Origin: Octopus sinensis
Lineage: Eukaryota
Direction: 5' to 3'
Length of the DNA: 64,000 nucleotides
Assembly (NCBI RefSeq): GCF_006345805.1
Contig: NC_043003.1
Location: forward strand, 115,072,001-115,136,000
Shown: piece by piece, positions 53,935 through 64,000 of the stretch
Layout: each line of letters begins with the position of its first letter
How positions within the stretch are numbered: the stretch's first letter is position 1
Program-made: the position numbers and the translations under genes
Notes under the pieces: model-generated
The model's database searches: none
What the model was told of the DNA's origin: nothing
Seen by the model: the letters and a program-made list of their open reading frames with translations, nothing else

Positions 53935-53970
<36 letters not shown>
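53520..53970. repeat. 219-bp tandem duplication bounded by (CT)n tracts
   Basis: gagctcgttctttccaac at 53553 and 53772, with identical intervening sequence. Confidence 0.92.
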
Positions 53971-53974
<4 letters not shown>

Positions 53975-56065
53975 CTCTCGCTCTCTCTCTCTACTTCTTC
54001 TTCTTCTTCTTCTGTCCCTTCAACACTCCTATTTTCCATACATTCTATTTGTCTTTTTCCGCTAGATTCATTCAGTTGTACTCCACATTACTATTTTCCC
54101 CGAAAATGGTCCTAGATCTAATTAGCGTTTCATTTACACATGATTTGTTTCTCTTTGATCTCAACCATCAAACATCATTCTCGCGGAACGATTCTTCAAT
54201 GGGCCATTAATATATTCGCTTTTACTCGTTTGAGCTCCGCAGCTTGTTGCTATTTCTTAGAGTTGTATATTTCGTGATCAAATTTTCAAGCTGTGTAAAA
54301 TATACAATACACAAAATGAGAAATAAAGCAAATATAGAGCAAAAGATTCCAACTATATTTGTGTCTATATATGTTCATTGTTTTCTATTGATATTATTTG
54401 TTTTGTAGTCCTTATTTGTGCAGCATCGAGTGGGATAAGTCTGCTTTAAACGTTGATATTTTCTAGAATTCTTGGAAGAGTTTGCATCTTTTATTTCACT
54501 TTCGTTCTGCTTCCGTAAGTTACATGCTTTTTGGTTCTGATACACTGCGTTCGATATCAGAGGATGTACAAAACAAGATTTTTTTTTTAATATATGTTTT
54601 AACTGCAATTTTTGTTGCAGTCTTTATTGAGTGTTTGAGTTTAGTTTTTTTTTATATCAACGTATTCCATCCCTTAAAACTTCTGCCTAATGTTTATTAT
54701 GTGTAAGAAGATATTCTGCACATACTTGCTGCATCGATTTTATAAATCGATTTGTTCCGATAAATTTAAGTTGCATAACATGTAGTTATGATATATTTAT
54801 TTACTTGTTTTCGTACATCTGGTGGTTGAGAGCCTCAGGTATTCTTCATATAATGAGAAGAATAATTGTCATATATCGCACTGAAAATGTTCTAAGAATA
54901 TGCCAGCTGGGTTTCATAATACTATTAGGAGATGTCTAAGTAAATTTATGAAAATTAAGTTAAAATTCAACTGGCTGGAACTGGAGGAGAGAGTAAGCCT
55001 CAAACTTCAGTGACATGTAATCAACCATGTCTCTGTGAAGTATTTTTAAATCTATATATTTATATTAATTGATCGTGTGAACATATTTTCTGGAATTCTG
55101 CTTCATGCTGCTTCGTTATGTCATTCTTCCACGAAGAAGAAAACATCCCCACTTTATCCACTTTCGCAACAACTCCAAATTACACGGATTTAAGGGTATT
55201 TCTTTAAATCCCGCTCTAAATTTAATTAAGGATTCAGTTAAAACTGAAGTAAAGCCCCGTGACACACATGGGACTTCAAATTAAATAACCTCCATGAATC
55301 GGATCAGAAAATATCTTCGATTTTGGGCAGCTATTTCAGCTCATCTGTCTTGCTGCTTATCTTCCTTTTCTAAAGCATTGCAAATATGTTCGAGTGTTTC
55401 TTCTTTCCAAGAGTGTTAAACCTTCTGATCCTATGAAATATCATGCCATGTATCATACCAAATATCATGGTCATACGTTCAATATCACAAACGTTATGAG
55501 TCATTAACAACTTTCCCACATCACATTGAATCCTTCTTCCGATTTACTAACGACAAATTTCCTTGCGTAATTACAGATCTGCTGCTTTCGAGAAATATGG
55601 TAAAAAACAGAATAAATACCTGGAACATCTATAAAGCAGTAGGCTGTATGTATGAAGCAAATATTCCTGCAAACATCCCGCATATGGGTTTAACTCATTT
55701 CACATATTGTTTATTTGTGGTTTCATACCTTGTCGATCAAACTCCATCTGATCTTCACTCTAAATCAAATCTGGTGAAAAGCAAGGATACATGTCGTATC
55801 ACACAGTCTGAACTACCATTTCCAAACACCCAACTTCACATTATATCATTCTTCAATCTTATTAAGAATTCTGTATATAAGCGTCAGCCATAAGCAACCT
55901 AGACACATTGCATCAAATCTAGATTTCATGAGTAGAAAGTTCCGAAGCAGAATCTCACTGGACCATGATACATTTTCCTCATTCAATAGCAAAAGTCTGT
56001 AAACGTAACACGTGGCGCAGGAAAGCGAGCACAATTCATCCCTAATTAAGATCAATAAATGACTG

Positions 56066-56365
56066 TGGAGGCACATGGCTTAGTGGTTAGAGCAGCGGAC
56101 TCGCGGTCGAGGGATAGCAGGTTCGAATCTCAGACCGGGCGATGTGTGTGTTTATGAGCGAAACACCTAAGCTCCATGCAGCTCCGGCAGAAGGTAATGG
56201 CGAAACTTCTGCTGATTCTTTCACCACACCTTTCTCTCACTCTTTCCTCCTGCAACTTGCAGCTCACCTGCAACGGACCGGCGTCCCGTCCAGGTGAGGA
56301 TCCTATACGCCAAGGAAACCGGGAAAACGGCCCTTATGAGCCAGGCGTGGCTCGAGAAGGAACAA
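56066..56365 (+). mobile_element. SINE family B-related, tail type 3
   Basis: tggaggcacatggcttagtggttagagcagcggactcgcggtcg...ctttctctcactcttt, then a distinct 3' module ending ggctcgagaaggaacaa. Confidence 0.85.
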
Positions 56366-57639
56366 GTACATGACTAGAAATTCATAAAAGTTTCAAATGA
56401 CAAACTTCGTATTATTGTGATTCATTCTGGTGAAAAGACATCTACAATAGAAAAAAGAAATCAAATAGTGGCTTTCTCATTTTTATGAAATATTTCAGCT
56501 TCCAATTCCAAATAAACTTCCCCGTGTGTCATGAGTAGCCATTTATTGAACAGTTACGCTGTAATATCTAGGACGGTGCATCTTCCGTGGACATAAACAT
56601 TCCTGTACGAACCTAGAGAAATGTGATTCAACTTATTCTCGTTTGTTACCCGCAACACTTTGTAGTTTCTGACCTACAGACATAGTGTCTCTTCTCTCGC
56701 CTTTGGCTAAAACTATCACACGGTTCTCTTCTGCACAGTACACGCTTTCCCATCATATTTATCAGGGCAATCCTCAGTCAATAAGCTCTTTTCTATCTGA
56801 CAATCAAGCAAATCTCCCCTAGGGTGATGTGTACACCTCCACTAACTACCTACAGTACTTGCCCCTGTCCTCACAATAATGAAATGTCCTCTAAAATTGG
56901 ATTTTAGGACCCAGCAACTTATAATTTGGAAAGTGAAGAGAAATCCGTGAGTTTTCTTCTGAGCGCGCGTGTGTGTTTGTGTGTGTGTGTGTGTGTGTGC
57001 GTGTGTGTGTGTGTGTTTGTGTATGGATGTTTTTATTGACTTATTTTTTGTTCTTAACTCTCGTTGCGGTCATAAGAGGTATGGTCTCTCGTGTCATGCG
57101 GCATGTTTTAGGTTTTTAGGTTTGTGGAAACCATCATTTTTCAAGTTCATTCCAAGACCACTTGCCCCAGCGAAAGGAAAGCAAAACGCGGAAGAATCGG
57201 GATTACTATTTTATTTTTGTGGGTGAAAGTCGTCCTCCATGATATTTAAACACAGAGTTGAGACGGCAATGACGAGTACCACAAGTCAAACTATCCGGCC
57301 TTCCATGTGCCACTGATTATGTGTTTTGCCATAGCAACCTGAACTTGTATAAATCACGTTTAGAATCACGTGATTCTCTGATTTATGCGACAGTGTTTTA
57401 GGTTGGTATAACTGTTTTCTTTTTTGTCCTTGTAAATATATGACTGAATAGACAACACCAAAATAACTGAAAATGTAAGAAGAGTCAGATGTCTGGTGTG
57501 TTGTCAACAGTGCAAGATTGATTAGTTTTAAAAGTTTAGTCCATCTCGTCACTTGTGCGGGTCGGGTTGGGTTTCGATTGATAGCTTTCCTAAATGCCAT
57601 CCATTCTCTCATTAATACAAAAGTGTCAACTTTACTGAA

Positions 57640-58280
57640 GTTCTTTCTTTATGGCTATCTCTTTAAAAATCTATTTGTCGAGTTAGTCTTCTAAATGTAT
57701 TCTATAATCATCGTGTTTCATTCCTCTCGCTTTGCAAAAAATACTTTAGACAAAATTCTCTTCTGTCACTGAAATTCATTCACCAGATATTCACTCACAA
57801 TGTCGTCTATTTCTTCTAAGCAAAATATTCAAAGAAATATACAGTATCCGTACTTGAAGTTTTAGTTACAAAAATAGAACAGCAATCAATACAGCTGGGA
57901 ATTTAAACTACAGAATGGCTCAGCGTTCTTTTAAAAAATGCCTAAGTTGGAAGCTACCATTTCCGTCCCCGACTCCGATGTATCTATGGTTTCCAAGAAC
58001 ATCAAATAATTAACTTAAATCACAAGATTTGATTTCGAATACGACATTTGTCAATTCTTCTTTTCATATAGCTAGTGTTAGTAAATTAAGCAAAAGTCAA
58101 GCATGTTATTGGTGCAGTCAGTTGCTTTAAATAAATGTGTTATTGTATGAATAGAATGAATCGATATTGTTACGATTGGAATGACCAAGCATAAGCAGGT
58201 ATATTACAGCCATGACATGTCGATCTCTTCATTGTGAGATTGCTTCAGATTTTGTAGAATTTCCTTGATTGATTCTAAGC
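57640..58280 (-). pseudogene. Possible highly decayed RT (PLE-like) remnant
   Basis: Only scattered motifs on the - strand (GTEM, EEIDDIV), with many stops. Confidence 0.25.
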
Positions 58281-58298
58281 AACTATCCATTTTAACGA

Positions 58299-58496
58299 TC
58301 TATCAGTCGCCATGATAGATCGTTAGCCACTACACACATTTTTTTCTCTTCTTGTTTCTCTCCTTGTTTTTTTTATGTAGAAGAGCGTAGGCTCGAAACG
58401 TAAAAGACTTTTTTCTATTCCTGAGCGTTATACTAATACATCTGTTTGTTTTGTACACCACCTGTCTTCGTCTTTTCTTTTTTTCGTAAACTCTCC
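58299..58496 (+). mobile_element. Repeat family F insertion with 16-bp TSD
   Basis: ctatccattttaacga at 58283-58298 and 58497-58512. Internal gagcgtaggctcGAAACGTA. Confidence 0.82.
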
Positions 58497-59176
58497 CTAT
58501 CCATTTTAACGAGGGATCTGGTTAGATTTCTGTTGTTACTTGCCATTTCATTATTATCGGTAATCATTATTTTCCCAGTGTCCCACGATGCAGTGGTATA
58601 GCGTTGATGAAATGTGCTACTATATGTTTTCGAGGTCATTGTTTCGACGTTCAAATCTCGCCAAAATTAACTTACCATTCTCAATCGGTCCTCCGTAGTA
58701 CAGTATCCATGGAAACCAGTGGATTACCGGAACTGATTGGGCTTTGATGAGATGCTTGCAGTGTTTGTGCATCCATTGTTCAGATCTGAACTTGGGTGGT
58801 AGGTTTAGTCTTCCTTCCACTCACCAGAACCTTGGGTTCCTTTAAATCTGATCACTCTGTTACTGAAAGTATTCGCGTTGAGGATACTTATCTCAGAGGC
58901 ACTGTTTATAGACAACAGATACTGTCTACGTTGCAACACTAAAATAGCCATTGGTCAGTGTTGTATGTGCATGCTTTGAATTATTTTGCGCAAGTTCGGC
59001 AGCGTTTCAACCGTCAAAATCTAAACGTTCTTGTTACTGGCTGTTGTCCAGCAGGAAGATACTAATGCCTTCGTGCTGATAGAACTTGGAACGGGTGAAG
59101 CTGCAGTTGCTGCTCTCAGAAGGCAATATGTGTACTCTTGTACACACTTCCCCGCAACTTTCATAGCTCTCTCTCT

Positions 59177-59399
59177 TTACTCTCCTTTTACTCTTTTTAC
59201 TTGTTTCAGTCACTTCACTGCAGCCATGCTGGAACACCGCCTTTTGCCGAGTAAATCGACCCCGGGACTTATTCTTTTGTAAGCCCAGTACTTATTCTAT
59301 CGGTCTCTTTTCCCAAACCGCTAAGTGACGGGGACGTAAACACACCAGCATCGGTTGTGAAGCGGTGCTAGAGGGACAAACACAGACACACAAACATAT

Positions 59400-59450
<51 letters not shown>

Positions 59451-59616
59451 TACGACAGGCTTCTTTCAGTTTCCGTCTACCAAATCCACTCACAAGGCTT
59501 TGGTCGGCCCGAGGCTATAGTAGAAGACACTTGCCCAAGATGCCACGCAGTGGGACTTAACCCGGAACCATGTGGTTGGTTAGCAATCTATTTACCACAC
59601 AGCCACTCCTGCGCCT
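59177..59616 (-). mobile_element. SINE family A
   Basis: Full-length reverse-complement match, including the head (aggcgcaggagtggctgtgtggtaa) and the (gtaaaa)n tail. Confidence 0.9.
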
Positions 59617-59779
59617 GTTACGAAATCTTTATCACCGAAGAATGATTTCCATTGGATCGGACAGTTAGGCAAACGAGCGAGATCCTGGCAGTAAGTTGGA
59701 TGTTAGCACTGACCAGCTCAGTTTGTCGATTGCTTGACCTGTTGCCAAAATTGTGTGTAGTCACGCGTTGTCAGATTGA

Positions 59780-60015
59780 ATCAAAAGTTTCAATGGCATT
59801 GAGCCCAACACCCTGATCACGAATGCATTAGCTTTTACAATACCCTCTCGCATTACATACATTCTTGCTCTTTCCACTTTCATTTCGGAGTACTTGGTGA
59901 TTTTCTTAACCTTTTGCTCAGAACATTCATGTCATTTGGTATGGCTACATCAATGATCTGACAGTATTTGTCTCTTATTCAATATGACGATATCCGGCCG
60001 ACGTTGTTCGATTAC
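59780..60015 (-). pseudogene. RLE domain fragment, R4/Dong-like LINE
   Basis: The - strand reads RVIEQRRPDIVILNK..CQIIDVAIPNDMNV..KITKYSEMKVE..VIRVLGSMP. Confidence 0.78.
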
Positions 60016-60020
60016 ACGAT

Positions 60021-60350
60021 TCATTATTATTATTATTATTATTAATATTATTAATATTATTATTATTATTATCATTATTATTATTGTTATTGTTGTTGTT
60101 GTTTTTGCACAGATTCTAACGCTGGAGATGTGCTACAGCGTCAGCCGTTCACTACCAGTGAAGTAAGGTAACACCTCTTATTTTTCGAGCACCTTCCGAA
60201 GTATTCGAGCGGTACCAAGCAGTCCTGTTTTCTGCAAGTGCTCCACCCTTTTTGAAGCCCCTATTTTACCACGTATTTCTCGAAATTGTTTACTCACTGT
60301 TCCAAGGGCTCAGAGAATTATTGATACTACTACTACTACTACTACTACAA
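60021..60350 (-). mobile_element. 3' end of an R4/Dong-like LINE with short 3'UTR and (AAC/AAT)n tail
   Basis: The - strand reads VVSIIL*ALGTVSKQFREIRGKIGASKRVEHLQKTGLLGTARILRKVLE, then about 80 nt UTR and a simple-repeat tail. Confidence 0.82.
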
Positions 60351-63104
60351 CCTTTTGTATCGACCGGAGGATATCTTTGAAAGATTATCAAGGAACATTA
60401 TCATGTCTTCACGATTTGTACAGTTTCAGTGCTAAATTTTTCTTAAGTATATAGTATTCTTAAATGCATTAAAACTGAAACGCTCCTAATTCCAGTGCAC
60501 TAAATTACATATTTCTGTTCTTTCAAACTATTATCTGAGCCTTCTTTTCTTTTGAAATATCTGTTGTTGGAATCTACTTTTGAACAGTTGCGCGGAATCT
60601 CTAAGAAAATCCTTATCTTTATGCTGTTCTTTTTATATAATAAAAATACGTCTGTCTTTCTTTTTCTCCTACTTTTCTTCGATATATTTTTTCTTACTAG
60701 ATCGGGTCTCCTGTCTATTATTTTCTCTATATTTCAATGGATATTTATTGTCCGTTTTCATGCGCACGTTACACAGTCGTTTATATCCACACCACCGGCA
60801 CACATACATTGATATTTATGCATAAGTAATAACACATAGAATTGTGATATTATATGTGAAATAACCTGTCCTTGGAGATGTTTGCGAGTACATCTTGCAA
60901 TATAAACGTTTTTTTTTCTCATTTACTCTCGCCCTCCTCCCTGCAATCGAATCCCAAGAAACGTAAGATAAAATTCCATTCAGCCATTGGAATCCTGTTC
61001 TTGTTTATAAATATGTATAACATGACTTATATTACACCACTGTATTATACCCTGGTATGTTTGTAGAGTGTAGAGCTGAAATTTCAGGGAATTTTGCTAA
61101 TATTTCTAAGCAGTCGTGTAATTAATTATCGTTTATCACGGAATTAATCTTATTAAGAATTATGCATTTCACTTCCTAATTGGAATAACTGAAGGAGTCC
61201 ACTTAGAAACCATATCAGTAATGATACTGAGTATTTCACTCATTAGAAATGTTTTTCTTTACTTTTCTGGCTTTGATGAATTTAAGTAAAATGGTGCGTT
61301 TTATGAGTTTTCATGTTATCAATACTTGAAATAATAATGATTTTATCAATTGAACCAATTAAGGAAAAAATGCCAAGGTTTCTGTATTTTCAACAATTGT
61401 GTACAAATAAAAGTGACATAAACCAACACCTTGATAATTCCTTCCTCGTCAGCAAAAATTCCTTATGATTTTGGCCTTCTTCTGACCAGTATAACGCATA
61501 GAAATATTAGTAACGTACGACGCTGACACTACATGGCAATTTAAGTTATGTCCTCTTCGAAATGTACAAGCCAATTACTGAAGAGATTAGCTTTCTAACA
61601 GTCATTATTCGTGTGTGTTTTGTTTCCTATTTTTGTGATGAAACAGTAAAATCTCAAAAATAAGCGGGGAATAGTTATTTGCTTTTTATTTGTTTTATAT
61701 TTGTATTTACGTGGGGTTTTCATTTTGTTTGTTTCACAATTTAACTTAACACTCAACTGATCTGTAAGGCTCTGCGTTTTAAAGAAAACTAAGCGTCAAC
61801 GATAAAGGTGATGCATAGAGTTACAGAATACACTTTTCGAAAGGTAGCAATAAAAAAAACGTAATGTTTGCCATGAATATATAAGAATATCGAACGTTCT
61901 TTCTTGTCTTATCTCAGGCCATCATCGTTTTGAACATCATCCGCTTAATCTGTTAATTCCAAGTCTCCTTTGACGAAATGTTATTGCAATTTGAATCGGT
62001 TTGATAATTCATGTTCAAAAGAGAACTTCTATTCTTGTAGACAAAAGATGAAAGCAATCGAAAATTATTTTATGGGCCGTAAATCTTCATCACCATCTCT
62101 CTCTCTCCCTCTCCCTCTCCCTCTTTCCCTCTCTATCTTTCTCTCTCTTTCTCAAGTGCGCTGTTTCTCTCTTTCTCGTTCTGTGTCTCTCTCCCTCTTG
62201 TCTCTTGCTCAATTTATCACCATTTTTCTCGCTCTTTCCTCCTTCGTTTACATTTTCTATTAATCGTTTTCTCCTTGGGAAGTTAAATATCAGTGAAGCT
62301 CCAACTGATAGTCGAATGATGGCTTATCTTACTCCATCTAATTCAGTCTCTATCAAATTTGATCGAATTCGATCTCTTTTTAGAGGAATTTTTTCTTGTG
62401 AAATTAATTTGCGATCATTTAACACACACTTCCTCAAACATACGATTACATGCTTATACAAGCGTTCACTTATATACGCACACATGCCTATCCGCTACAA
62501 GCGAGCAGCCAGATACGCAAATGAGAGTGTTTACGCGTATAGATAATTGTGGCTTTCGTGTGAGTCTATGTGTATATTTATTTATTTATGCATATATGCA
62601 TGCACACACGCTCATATTATTGTGGGTTTCATGAGATCTTCTGTGAATATCTGTGTGTGCTGTGTGTGTGTGTGTGTGTGTGTGTGTTGCGTATGTGTTC
62701 ATAAATACAATGATACAAACACATGCATACACGTATGGACGTATATTTTCTTGCGCATTTATCTCAGTATGTTTGTATATTCATTCCTCTCCTTTAAAGT
62801 AAGATGGAGTTTGTAGAATGAAGGTGCACTAAACCAACACATCACAATATCCGTTATCAACTTGCTTAAATGCATCATCGACATTATGCAAGTGCTGATG
62901 TGACGCTAACTGCTATAAAAACAGAAGACGTTTAGTCACCTAAGAAAACCTTTATTCCAATATCATCGGATACATATATGCATAAAGGTGCAACGCAGTC
63001 TCCTCCAAGTGAACAGCGGTTCTTCTTCGCAACAATCTTGGGGCGTGTGTTTATATATATATATATATATATACGCGAGAAAGAAGCAACAAGAATGGAT
63101 AGGT

Positions 63105-63195
63105 TTTTAGTACAATCGTTTCATACAAGGACAGGCTTTATTAAAAGTTGCAAAAATTACAGCATATAAACGTGTCCCGTACTCATCAGCTAAAA
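63105..63195 (-). ncRNA. Mirror-image type-I hammerhead ribozyme
   Basis: Same core and stems on the - strand. The two differences between the arms fall in the stem II loop. Confidence 0.8.
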
Positions 63196-63220
63196 TACAT
63201 GTCTAGAGAACTCACATGTA

Positions 63221-63310
63221 TTTTAGCTGATGAGTACGGGACACGTTTATATGCTGCAATTTTTGCAACTTTTAATAAAGCCTGTCCTTGTATGAAACGA
63301 TTGTACTAAA
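63221..63310 (+). ncRNA. Type-I hammerhead ribozyme with canonical core
   Basis: Stem I UUUUAG/CUAAAA. CUGAUGA at 63227-33. 9-bp stem II (GUAC-GGGAC / GUCCU-U-GUAU). GAAA at 63293-96. Self-complementary stem III ACGAUUGU. GUA triplet, with predicted cut after 63304. Confidence 0.82.
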
Positions 63311-63458
63311 AACCTATCCATTCTTGTTGCTTCTTTCTCGCTTATAATCACCCCACATTACTGTATTGTTAAAACAGTATAGTTTTTTTTGGTGCATCTA
63401 AGTTAGGTACCATATTCAAGTAAATTCATTTAAATTAACTTGAATCTTTATTGCTTTT

Positions 63459-63503
<45 letters not shown>

Positions 63504-63618
63504 TTATGTATATATGTATATACATATATACATACACATATATATATATACATATACATACATATGTATACATATATACACACATATATACATATATATA
63601 TATATATATTATATATAT

Positions 63619-63652
<34 letters not shown>

Positions 63653-64000
63653 GGTATGTATATATATGTATGTATACATCTGTTTATATGTTTGTTGCAA
63701 GCGAACGTATGACTAAAATATATAAATATATTAATATTATTCCGCAGATATATATAATAAATTGATTCTAAGATGAGAATAGCTTTCAAGGCAAGGCAGC
63801 AAAGTTTTGAAGTTAAGATTACGTTTAAAATGTGATTGAACAATGCACATTTTTCTGAATAGATATAATGTTTACAGCAAGAAACCTCACACGATGATCG
63901 GCTACTTATTTCCGAAGTATATTAGAAGAAGGAGAACCCTATGTATTTAGTGAAATGCTATCGGTGAAAGTGAAGTCGATATCTATAATCTAGTTTGGAA

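Larger units (their letters stand above)
63075..63340. repeat. 266-bp near-perfect palindrome (128/127-bp arms, 11-nt spacer, 2 differences)
   Basis: 63075-63202 is the reverse complement of 63214-63340. Confidence 0.96.

Noticed and set aside
53173-54210. 345-aa and 272-aa Leu/Ser/Phe-rich ORFs
   Set aside because: Pyrimidine-rich low-complexity DNA plus a 219-bp duplication. No domain signature.

Overview
Animal, AT-rich, microsatellite-dense intergenic or intronic DNA. The SINE families and repeat landscape suggest an octopus genome, which is an inference. No host protein-coding gene is recognisable, and most ORF-track entries are microsatellite artefacts. The window is a retroelement graveyard. 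It holds about 25 tRNA-derived SINE copies in four families, two non-autonomous Helitrons, a mariner relic, a Tx1 fragment and several R4/Dong-like (RLE) LINE fragments. It also holds one young Penelope-like element (PLE; RT + GIY-YIG, 39592-42197) with an internal inversion. The main signal is a set of type-I hammerhead ribozyme (HHR) motifs in four unrelated sequence families, folded by hand. (1) A tRNA-headed SINE-like family carries a PLE-type minimal HHR in its 3' part; it has three copies, two of which form a head-to-head fold-back dimer inside a single 13-bp TSD. (2) A near-perfect 266-bp palindrome carries an intact HHR on each strand. (3) The PLE pseudo-LTR carries a variant CCGAAGA-core HHR. 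(4) A 445-bp fold-back carries a degenerate HHR. Several fold-backs share the architecture (TA)n - short inverted arm - long arm - (TA)n with the full PLE. Coordinates were read by eye and may be off by a few bases for degenerate elements. No ribozyme activity or family identity has been verified computationally or experimentally.
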